A stretch of DNA of 6,667 nt, from positions 1 through 6,667 of the forward strand of contig NW_003314712.1 in the NCBI RefSeq assembly GCF_000143415.4. Direction: 5' to 3'. Shown piece after piece: positions 1 through 6,469 of the stretch; within the stretch, counting starts at the first letter, position 1, and each line of letters begins with the position of its first letter. Both the position numbers and the translations under genes were made by a program. This DNA comes from Selaginella moellendorffii. Taxonomy: Eukaryota > Plantae > Lycopodiophyta. The notes beneath the pieces were generated by a model. The model worked only from the letters and a program-made list of their open reading frames with translations. It had not been told where the DNA came from and made no database searches.

Positions 1-478
1 TGGGTGTTGTCACGCTTCTTCCAGTGAGCCTTGTCTGCCAGGTATGGCGTTCGTTTATTCTTGGAGATGGCTGCCAGATCAGGCGGAGGTGTTATTTCCC
101 CCTGTTGTTCCTTCATGGGGAATTAAGGAGGCTGGCGTGCTTCATCCCTATTAGTGGCACGCTCTACGATCCCGATGCTTTCTTTTTGCCGCCGTTCGTG
201 TTCGTTTCGCCATCCAGCATTACAAGAGGGCGAGCTCAAATGGTTGGGTGTTGTGGAGGTACTACACAGAAGGAAAGACGGTCTCTTTGGTGCTAAACAA
301 TCCCTTGGTACCATCCAGCTCAGTGACGCTACCACACTGCCCAGAAGTAAAGCATGATTGGATTGAACCTGAGAACTTCGCCATGCTTGCCGCGAAAGAC
401 GGCAGCAGCTTTTGCATATCGTTTGTCGACTTTGACATCTTTTATGCGTATTCTTATGCTGCTGGTGGTGAGAACGAG
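1..478 (+). pseudogene. F-box gene, frameshifted paralog of 5127-6206 (5' end outside the window, 3' end in the N gap)
   Basis: Frame starting at nt 3 gives GVVTLLPVSLVCQVWRSF...ELRRLACF...LYDPDAFFLPP...SSIT; after 2 extra nt at about 225-229 (ACA AGAGG GCG versus CCA GTC GCT in the intact copy) another frame gives ASSNGWVLWRYYT...NNPLVPSSSVTLPHC...DWIEPENFAMLAAKDGSSFCISFV. Manual alignment to the intact copy gives roughly 108/157 identical residues. The frameshift could be a sequencing error. Confidence 0.85.
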
Positions 479-1309
479 NNNNNNNNNNNNNNNNNNNNNN
501 NNNNNNNNNNNNNNNNNNNNNNNNNNNNNNNNNNNNNNNNNNNNNNNNNNNNNNNNNNNNNNNNNNNNNNNNNNNNNNNNNNNNNNNNNNNNNNNNNNNN
601 NNNNNNNNNNNNNNNNNNNNNNNNNNNNNNNNNNNNNNNNNNNNNNNNNNNNNNNNNNNNNNNNNNNNNNNNNNNNNNNNNNNNNNNNNNNNNNNNNNNN
701 NNNNNNNNNNNNNNNNNNNNNNNNNNNNNNNNNNNNNNNNNNNNNNNNNNNNNNNNNNNNNNNNNNNNNNNNNNNNNNNNNNNNNNNNNNNNNNNNNNNN
801 NNNNNNNNNNNNNNNNNNNNNNNNNNNNNNNNNNNNNNNNNNNNNNNNNNNNNNNNNNNNNNNNNNNNNNNNNNNNNNNNNNNNNNNNNNNNNNNNNNNN
901 NNNNNNNNNNNNNNNNNNNNNNNNNNNNNNNNNNNNNNNNNNNNNNNNNNNNNNNNNNNNNNNNNNNNNNNNNNNNNNNNNNNNNNNNNNNNNNNNNNNN
1001 NNNNNNNNNNNNNNNNNNNNNNNNNNNNNNNNNNNNNNNNNNNNNNNNNNNNNNNNNNNNNNNNNNNNNNNNNNNNNNNNNNNNNNNNNNNNNNNNNNNN
1101 NNNNNNNNNNNNNNNNNNNNNNNNNNNNNNNNNNNNNNNNNNNNNNNNNNNNNNNNNNNNNNNNNNNNNNNNNNNNNNNNNNNNNNNNNNNNNNNNNNNN
1201 NNNNNNNNNNNNNNNNNNNNNNNNNNNNNNNNNNNNNNNNNNNNNNNNNNNNNNNNNNNNNNNNNNNNNNNNNNNNNNNNNNNNNNNNNNNNNNNNNNNN
1301 NNNNNNNNN
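479..1309. other. Assembly gap (831 N)
   Basis: Run of N; long enough to hold the about 530 nt missing from the + strand F-box copy. Confidence 1.
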
Positions 1310-1950
1310 TCTAGCTGCCAAGAACAGAGATACTCTCTGTGAGAAGGCAAAAGGAACCCGAGGAGACCAAAACTATGAAGCACGTATCGAAAGAGAGCCG
1401 ATTGCCACAAAGTGTGTTCTTCGATCTTCGTGGCAACCATGACAGGGTTGGTGTCCCCAATCGCGAACTGGACTTCTTTTCTTGGTACAGCATCAGCGCA
1501 GATATGAATCGTGTCGGTCGATCCTGTTCAAGCGGGAACTGTCACGGTGCGTTAACTTGGATCATTGCTTGTGAAACTTACAGTGGAAAACTATTTCTTC
1601 TCTGATAGGTTCCTGGTGGCTGGACGTACTTGTTTCTTGGTTTTGATGATATCATGGCCATCGGGCTTCGCGTGGCCAACAAATCTGTTTGGCGACAGAC
1701 TCCCTGAAAATGGAGTCCCTGCTCGAAGGCTTTGAAAAGAAGCAGTCACGCAGTTCTTCCGCCAAGGTAGCGTTTGGACACTTTCCAATGTCTTTCACGG
1801 CCTCTTCAGAATCAGGGAGACGAGGCATACTTATCCACACTAAGTTTGCAAATCATGTATGGGCTTCGGGCGGAGCTCTAGCAGAAAGAACGAGTTTTGG
1901 GAGTGGGAAATCGAGGACTGGAGAGCTTTCACTTGATCGCATTCGAGCTG
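1310..1950 (+). pseudogene. Decayed calcineurin-like metallophosphoesterase fragment (At3g03305/TMEM62-like)
   Basis: Collinear family motifs in shifting frames: SVFFDLRGNHD (GNHD at 1432-1443), LDFFSWYSI, intron 1547-1608 (GTGCGT...ATAG), YLFLGFD..MAIGLR / PTNLFG (frameshift near 1670), KVAFGHFPMSF (GHFP 1776-1787), AYL/HTKF (GHLH motif damaged by deletion), EFWEWEIEDWR (1892-1924) followed by TGA. Family assignment is from my recall of the plant protein, not from a search. Confidence 0.85.
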
Positions 1951-3240
1951 TGTTCTCCAAAGGTGCCGATTACTGCTGTGAGCTGGTGTGGCGGCGGCTA
2001 AAGTCAGTTCCAGTTCCAGGTGATGTTGAATGTCTGTCTCTTTTTCTATAGTTTATTCATCTTTTCGTGGCATTTCTGAACAGCATCTATGTCTCAGATT
2101 GCGTCAGTCTTGATCGTCTTAAGGACATCGGTGGTGTACGAAGAGTCTCGGGATTATGCGGGACACAGGTGAGCTCTAAGTCGACGTCGGAAGTTTCTGT
2201 CTTATTTGATGTGTCGTGCAAAGACTTGGCAGAAACAGATCACCGACGTTGTGCAGTATATTGAAGAGAGGCTTGACGAGGTCTGGAAGAGGTAAGAGTT
2301 CCTTGAAATAAATAAGTAAAAACTTATCCTTTGGAACAAAGATTCAAGCCCAGGGATGTGCCGAAAAACAGTAAAATGAGGCTACAGGTTCGAATCAAGT
2401 AATGTTTAGTCGAGTTGAGAAGTGACAACGAGTAGCGAGGTGTTCGTCAGCTTGTCCAAGCTCTTGTAAGCGCCGTTTACTCCATTGTGGTGATTGTCGT
2501 CTAACTTGACAAGCTCCATTGGCAGGCAATTCATCAAGAAAACGAGTTTGAACGCTTTCTTGCGCTTCTGAGCGACCGGCAGGTTATGTCTTCTTCTTCT
2601 GCTACTTGTCGACCATACACAGGCGGGTCTAGCTACAGAGTTTGGAAGCGCAAGAGAACAAGACCAATGGCTTCAGATGGACGTTTCAACGTGACTTCTG
2701 CACAGGTAAACAACACTTTTTTTTTCTTTCTTACTTCGTTTACTCCCGCTTTAGATCGAAGAACCGGAGGAGGCAATCGATCTGGTGAGGTGGCTGAGGA
2801 ATTAACGAGACGAGCCCCAGAAAGTAAGCAGTCTCTAGAGCTGGTCCCAGTGCGTCTAACCACGTAATTCTTTCTGCCAGGAAACGTTTGAAGACAGAGG
2901 TCACCCTTAGCAAGCAAGTCAAGTTCGACAGTGTCAAGGCAATTACACTTTTGTTTTGCAGGATATTCGGCAAGATTGAACTCTGTCAGACGTTCCGGTA
3001 TGGTTTACGATTGTTTGATCTCTACGTACAATTTGCGTTTCCGGTGTTTGGCAGGACTATAATGGATCTAGATTGCATCATTCTTTTGAAGGTAAGCTCT
3101 TTTTTTTAAGTTTCGCAAACTTCCAGGTGGTATGCCCAAGTACGTGACAATCGGAAGAGGAGAGTGAGCGGCACAGGTAAGAGTTTGGTGGTTTGGTGTT
3201 TCCTCGGTTCGATTTTTTCCTTTGTGTCACTTGAAGTTTG
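1951..3240 (+). pseudogene. Unidentified intron-rich gene, probably degenerate in its 3' half
   Basis: Chain of short candidate introns: 2003-2083, 2169-2223, 2292-2341, 2388-2435, 2466-2513 (CTAAC branch site), 2583-2632/2638, 2706-2754, 2824-2880 (CTAAC), 2914-2961 (GC-AG), 2998-3054, 3092-3126/3140, 3177-3236. Exons 2084-2582 splice into an open frame (IYVSDCVSLDRLKDIGG...TWQKQITDVVQYIEERLDEVWKRFKP...RGVRQLVQALLHWQAIHQENEFERFLALLSDRQ); later exons carry stops. Several acceptors are weak AAG. No family recognised. Confidence 0.6.
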
Positions 3241-3263
3241 CACGAGCTTGGCGGCAAGGAGAG

Positions 3264-3351
3264 GCCGTGAAGATGAATGCACTGGAGAAAGGCATGGCTG
3301 TTCACTCTCAAGGATTGGATGCAAGCCGTGAAGATGAATGCATTGGAGAAA
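3264..3351 (+). repeat. Direct repeat, 27 bp x2, period 61 bp
   Basis: GCCGTGAAGATGAATGCA(C/T)TGGAGAAA at 3264-3290 and 3325-3351, one mismatch. Confidence 0.95.
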
Positions 3352-3439
3352 AGATGGCCGAGAACAAATTGCTGAGAACGAATCAAATTGCGTAGAATAG
3401 AACTTTGACAATGCGGCACCGACGACACACAAGATTCAC

Positions 3440-3718
3440 CTAGAAATCTACAACAAGCTCACGCAGAGCCTTTTCGGCATCCAGAACAGCACGCTCGAAC
3501 TTTTCTCCGATCTTCTGCAGTTTTGTTGCTTTGCGCTTCCCGATTTCCCCCATAGCACGAAGCCCCTGGTTGCCGTGGACAGCTTCGGTGATGCCCGCCT
3601 TGAATTCGTCCAGGTGGAAGCCAGTGAGCGTGTCCCCGATGGCGTCTTCAGTCACACGGGCGATTCGCTGGAGCTCTCCTTTGATCGCCAGAACATTGCG
3701 CATCGCCTCTGCCGCCAT
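3440..3718 (-). CDS. Small uncharacterised helical/coiled-coil-like protein X1 (92 aa, MAAEAMRNVLAIKGELQRIARVTEDAIG...KALRELVVDF)
   Basis: ATG at 3718 in good context (GGATGG) directly after a 5'-UTR intron; TATA box upstream; GC-rich coding-like sequence; amphipathic periodicity; N-terminal similarity to 4873-5121. The ORF-track start at 3790 lies in the intron. Confidence 0.75.
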   Translation of the reverse strand: MAAEAMRNVLAIKGELQRIARVTEDAIGDTLTGFHLDEFKAGITEAVHGNQGLRAMGEIGKRKATKLQKIGEKFERAVLDAEKALRELVVDF

Positions 3719-3719
3719 C

Positions 3720-3794
3720 CTGGAAAAGAAAGAGAAACGAGAGGGAGAGAGACGGAAGAGATGAGAGATGAGGGAGTAGAAGAGAAGCACTCAC
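3720..3794 (-). other. 5'-UTR intron of X1 (75 nt)
   Basis: Minus strand GTGAGT...long CT tract...TTTTCCAG, ending 1 nt before the ATG. Confidence 0.8.
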
Positions 3795-3853
3795 GTTAGA
3801 GAGCCGCGCAGACAAGAGCCGAGACGTTAGCGAGCCGCTGAAGAGCCGAGACG
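3793..3853 (+). repeat. Imperfect tandem duplication (about 27-31 bp unit) in the X1 leader exon
   Basis: ACGTTAG(A/C)GAGCCGC at 3793 and 3824; AAGAGCCGAGACG at 3814 and 3841. Confidence 0.8.
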
Positions 3854-3866
3854 CCCCAGCTGGCCA

Positions 3867-3953
3867 TTTTATAGAGCAGGATATTGACTTTTGACTGAGG
3901 ACTGCTTGGACTTTGACGTGATCCCGTAAAGATTTCAGTGACTTTGACTTTGA
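3867..3953 (-). promoter_or_regulatory. X1 core promoter: TATA box plus W-box cluster
   Basis: TATAAAA on the minus strand at 3867-3873; TTGACT at 3884, 3891 and 3944; TGACT at 3939; TTGACGT (TGACG, TGA/as-1-like half site) at 3913. Confidence 0.7.
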
Positions 3954-4265
3954 TACGGGCAAAGAAAAACTTAATACAGGGCATTTTTTTTTGTTACTGG
4001 CAGATCAGGAAATCCAAATACAAACTATCAGGAAAAGTATTTAAAATGTACATAATTGATGATTAAGAAAGATTAAGCTAAGGCATTCCTCAAGTAAGCT
4101 TGAAGTAAGTAAACTATATATATATTTGATCCATGTGACGAGCAACACTCTTGTGAGCAAGACGTCTCAAGAAGAACTAGGCAGTGCCGTAGTTCCCAAG
4201 TAATTGTATGAAATCCTCAAAGGGCTCAAAAGCAACCATGGCAAAGAGCAGTTAATTTCAGTATT

Positions 4266-4360
4266 TGTTAGGCACTAGGTCAGGATAATAGGATAAAGAA
4301 AAAGCCCTGTAATACTTTTTTAGCTAGCTGGTTTAGGGTGTAAGGGATAGGATCCTAACA
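4266..4360 (+). repeat. 5' LTR of the TRIM (95 bp)
   Basis: Perfect 7-bp terminal inverted repeat TGTTAGG...CCTAACA; matches 4451-4535 at 42/48 nt (5' part) and 21/24 nt (3' part). Confidence 0.92.
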
Positions 4361-4450
4361 TTGGTATCAAAACTTAATTCGATTCTTGTAATTGACTTAA
4401 ATATAACCTAAATATAATTGCGGATGATCATTCCCTGACAAAGGGAGGAT

Positions 4451-4535
4451 TGTTAGGCACTAAGTCAGGATAATAAAATAAAGAAAGGGCCCTGCAATTA
4501 AGTGATCACCCGGTGTAAGGGATAGAATTTTAACA
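4451..4535 (+). repeat. 3' LTR of the TRIM (85 bp)
   Basis: TGTTAGG...TTTAACA, preceded by the polypurine tract; direct repeat of 4266-4360 with a different middle segment. Confidence 0.92.
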
Positions 4536-4610
4536 ATATTCTTTCTCTATTAAACACATGATTAGTGGACGTCATGAAGAGTGCCTTAAGCTAAGAATCT
4601 ATTCATTAAG

Positions 4611-4758
4611 GGTCAACACTCAAACATTCTCTAACAGAATTCAAAGTCTAAGATTTGTATGATGCTTTAGCTGTCAAAAATCCAAAAGTCAAAGATATTC
4701 AAAGATCTAAGTCAAAGAGATTCAAAGGTCAATGGCCAACCTCTTCTGCTTTATAAAA
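4611..4758 (+). promoter_or_regulatory. X2 core promoter: W-box cluster plus TATA box
   Basis: RGTCAA (reverse-complement W-box) at 4611, 4687, 4710 and 4727; TGTCAA at 4672; five TCAAAG copies in 4641-4727; TATAAAA at 4752-4758. Confidence 0.7.
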
Positions 4759-4799
4759 TCCGCTACAGCTCGCTGTTTCTTCTCTCTTCTCTCCACAAG

Positions 4800-4867
4800 G
4801 TGAGTGTGTTTTTCTTTTTCTAGATTCTCCTTCTCGTCTCTCTCTCTGTTTCGTTTTTTCTCTGCAG
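4800..4867 (+). other. 5'-UTR intron of X2 (68 nt)
   Basis: AAG|GTGAGT...CT-rich...CTGCAG|TGAGGATGG; ends 5 nt before the ATG at 4873. Confidence 0.8.
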
Positions 4868-4872
4868 TGAGG

Positions 4873-5121
4873 ATGGCACACAACATTCCAATGGGCGGAG
4901 CGATCCAGCTCAAGCGAGACTTGGAGGAACTTCTCCACGGCACTGAGGCCGCTTTCATCCCCACCCTCCGCCAGCTCGACCTCGCCGCCAACACGGGTGG
5001 AGGCCCGCTATGCCGTGACCCGTCGAGCTCCATTTTATCGAGCACGAAAACTCGCTTCTCCTGCACCCACGCTCTCTCACAAAAAACAACCCTAAACTCT
5101 TTCTCTGAACACAAACTATAG
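4873..5121 (+). CDS. Small uncharacterised protein X2 (82 aa), distant paralog of X1; possibly 3'-truncated
   Basis: MAHNIPMGGAIQLKRDLEELLHGTEAAFIPTLRQLDL aligns without gaps to X1 MRNVLAIKGELQRIARVTEDAIGDTLTGFHL (9/31 identical, hydrophobic pattern kept). Same gene architecture as X1. Similarity stops near 4985 and the rest looks like read-through. Confidence 0.6.
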   Translation: MAHNIPMGGAIQLKRDLEELLHGTEAAFIPTLRQLDLAANTGGGPLCRDPSSSILSSTKTRFSCTHALSQKTTLNSFSEHKL

Positions 5122-5126
5122 CTTCT

Positions 5127-6206
5127 TTAGATTTTTGGATTTGGAACAAATGCTAATGTGTGTGACATGGGCCAATCTTTCGGCCATGGCTGAGCTTCAT
5201 CGGTTTCTTTCATTAGAGGGCACCATTTAAACTTGACTGGCGTCACAAGCTTTTCAACCTTCCACACTCCAGTCTTCAAATCAAGCACCGTTTGATTCCA
5301 TGGAACATGGTGGAACTCATTATCCGAGCAAATAAACACTTTCTTTCTCCTATACGGGACAATTTCAGCACAAACCCATTTTTCCTCCTCTTTTACAAAC
5401 CCGTCAACACGTTTTACCAGTGATAAACGCATGGGCCCGTTCATGAATCTCACGGTGACGAGCTCTCCTCTCAACGAGACTAATCCAAAAGCACCATACT
5501 TGTAGTCCTCCAAGCTTTCCAACTTCCCCACAAGCACACATTCATCATTTTGAGGCTTGTAAACCCAGTGGCCGCTTTCCCCTAAGATGTGGCAGTGCTC
5601 AAAATCAGTCCATGCAACCCTATGTCCCCTGTATCTTCCATTCCCGACCGTTCTCCACTCGTTCTGATCATGATCATGACCACCCGCAGTATAAGCATAC
5701 GCATAAATGGTACCAAAGACGACAAAAGATATGCAAAAGCTGCTGCCGTCCTTGGCCGCAAGCACGGCGAAGTTCTCAGGTTCAATCCAATCCTCCGTCA
5801 AAACGTCATGGCAGTGTGGCAGCGTCACTGAGCTGGATCGTACCAAGGGATTGTTTATCACCAAAGAGACCATATCTTCCTTTGTGTAATACCTCCACAA
5901 CACCCAACCATTTGAGCTAGCGACTGGAATGCTTGATAGTGAAACTGATACCTCAGGTGGCAGAAAAAAGGTGTTGGGATCGTAGAGCTGGCCACTTTTA
6001 GGGTTGAAGCACGCCAGCCTTCGAAGTTCCACTTGAAGAAACAAGAGTGGAGAATTACACCTTTGCTTGATATCGTTGCCCTCTCTACGAACAAACCCAT
6101 TCCATTCCCTGCAAACAAGGGATGCTCGAACCAGTGATTCAACATCCAGCAGCTTGGACAAGATATAAAACCAAAGAACGTCTGGTAATCCCGGGTGTGG
6201 TGGCAT
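5127..6206 (-). CDS. F-box protein (359 aa) with a probable C-terminal beta-propeller-type substrate-binding domain; intronless CDS
   Basis: N-terminal F-box LPDVLWFYILSKLLDVESLVRASLVCREWN; plant F-box-associated signatures ASSNGWVL and INNPLVRSSSVTLP; uninterrupted ORF; paralog at 1-478. Confidence 0.93.
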   Translation of the reverse strand: MPPHPGLPDVLWFYILSKLLDVESLVRASLVCREWNGFVRREGNDIKQRCNSPLLFLQVELRRLACFNPKSGQLYDPNTFFLPPEVSVSLSSIPVASSNGWVLWRYYTKEDMVSLVINNPLVRSSSVTLPHCHDVLTEDWIEPENFAVLAAKDGSSFCISFVVFGTIYAYAYTAGGHDHDQNEWRTVGNGRYRGHRVAWTDFEHCHILGESGHWVYKPQNDECVLVGKLESLEDYKYGAFGLVSLRGELVTVRFMNGPMRLSLVKRVDGFVKEEEKWVCAEIVPYRRKKVFICSDNEFHHVPWNQTVLDLKTGVWKVEKLVTPVKFKWCPLMKETDEAQPWPKDWPMSHTLAFVPNPKI

Positions 6207-6261
6207 CGTTCTACTAATGAGAGTGACGACAAGAGTTGATTATGTATACAATACAAAGAGG

Positions 6262-6291
6262 CCATATTTGGTTTACAAGAACCATATTTGG
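6262..6291. promoter_or_regulatory. Two perfect CArG boxes (CC[A/T]6GG), 20 bp apart
   Basis: CCATATTTGG at 6262-6271 and 6282-6291, 56-85 nt upstream of the F-box ATG. Confidence 0.55.
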
Positions 6292-6469
6292 TGTTTGCCT
6301 TTAATTTAATAATGTTTTTGATTTTTCATGGCATTCGCACAAATGTAAGAAAAAGAGAGAGATGAAAATTCTTCCAGAATTGACTGTATAGACATAAGAA
6401 ATCCCGAGACTTGGGTAGGTAGGGTAGGGCGACACTCAAAATCGAGGGCGACAGTAGAATGACTTTGTG

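Larger units (their letters stand above)
4266..4535 (+). mobile_element. TRIM (terminal-repeat retrotransposon in miniature), 270 bp, non-autonomous
   Basis: Two LTRs (4266-4360 and 4451-4535), each TGTTA...TAACA; PBS TGGTATCAAAAC at 4362 (canonical tRNA-iMet PBS is TGGTATCAGAGC); polypurine tract AAGGGAGGA at 4441-4449; 90-nt non-coding interior; 5-bp flanks GTATT (4261-4265) and ATATT (4536-4540) as an imperfect target-site duplication. Confidence 0.92.

Noticed and set aside
248-1442. Long ORFs of 328-364 aa in the ORF track
   Set aside because: Artefacts of translating through the N gap.
1886-1936. KNEFWEWEIEDWRAF as a MATH-domain first strand
   Set aside because: Better explained as the FWEWE..DWR motif of the metallophosphoesterase, collinear with GNHD and GHFP upstream.
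3720-3794. GA/CT-rich tract as a microsatellite or hydrophobic N-terminal extension (likewise 4800-4867)
   Set aside because: Bounded by canonical splice sites; these are polypyrimidine-rich 5'-UTR introns.
4174-4195. Hairpin GAACTAGGCAGTGCCGTAGTTC as a Helitron 3' end
   Set aside because: Bulged stem and no correctly placed CTRR terminus.
4266-4535. Direct repeats as a CRISPR array or simple tandem duplication
   Set aside because: Only two long repeats, with PBS, PPT and TSD in a eukaryotic context; fits a TRIM.
5089-5097. AACCCTAAA telo-box-like motif
   Set aside because: Single imperfect copy, expected by chance; no telomeric array.
4722-5149. Minus-strand ORFs 4722-5114, 4729-4938 and 4955-5149
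   Set aside because: Antisense shadows of X2 and its CT-rich intron, giving low-complexity E/K/R translations.
5582-6265. Short alternative-frame and antisense ORFs overlapping the F-box CDS
   Set aside because: Shadows of the F-box gene; their similarity to ORFs at 123-357 only reflects the F-box duplication.
6413-6429. GGGTAGGTAGGGTAGGG as a G-quadruplex
   Set aside because: One tract has only two G; no independent support.
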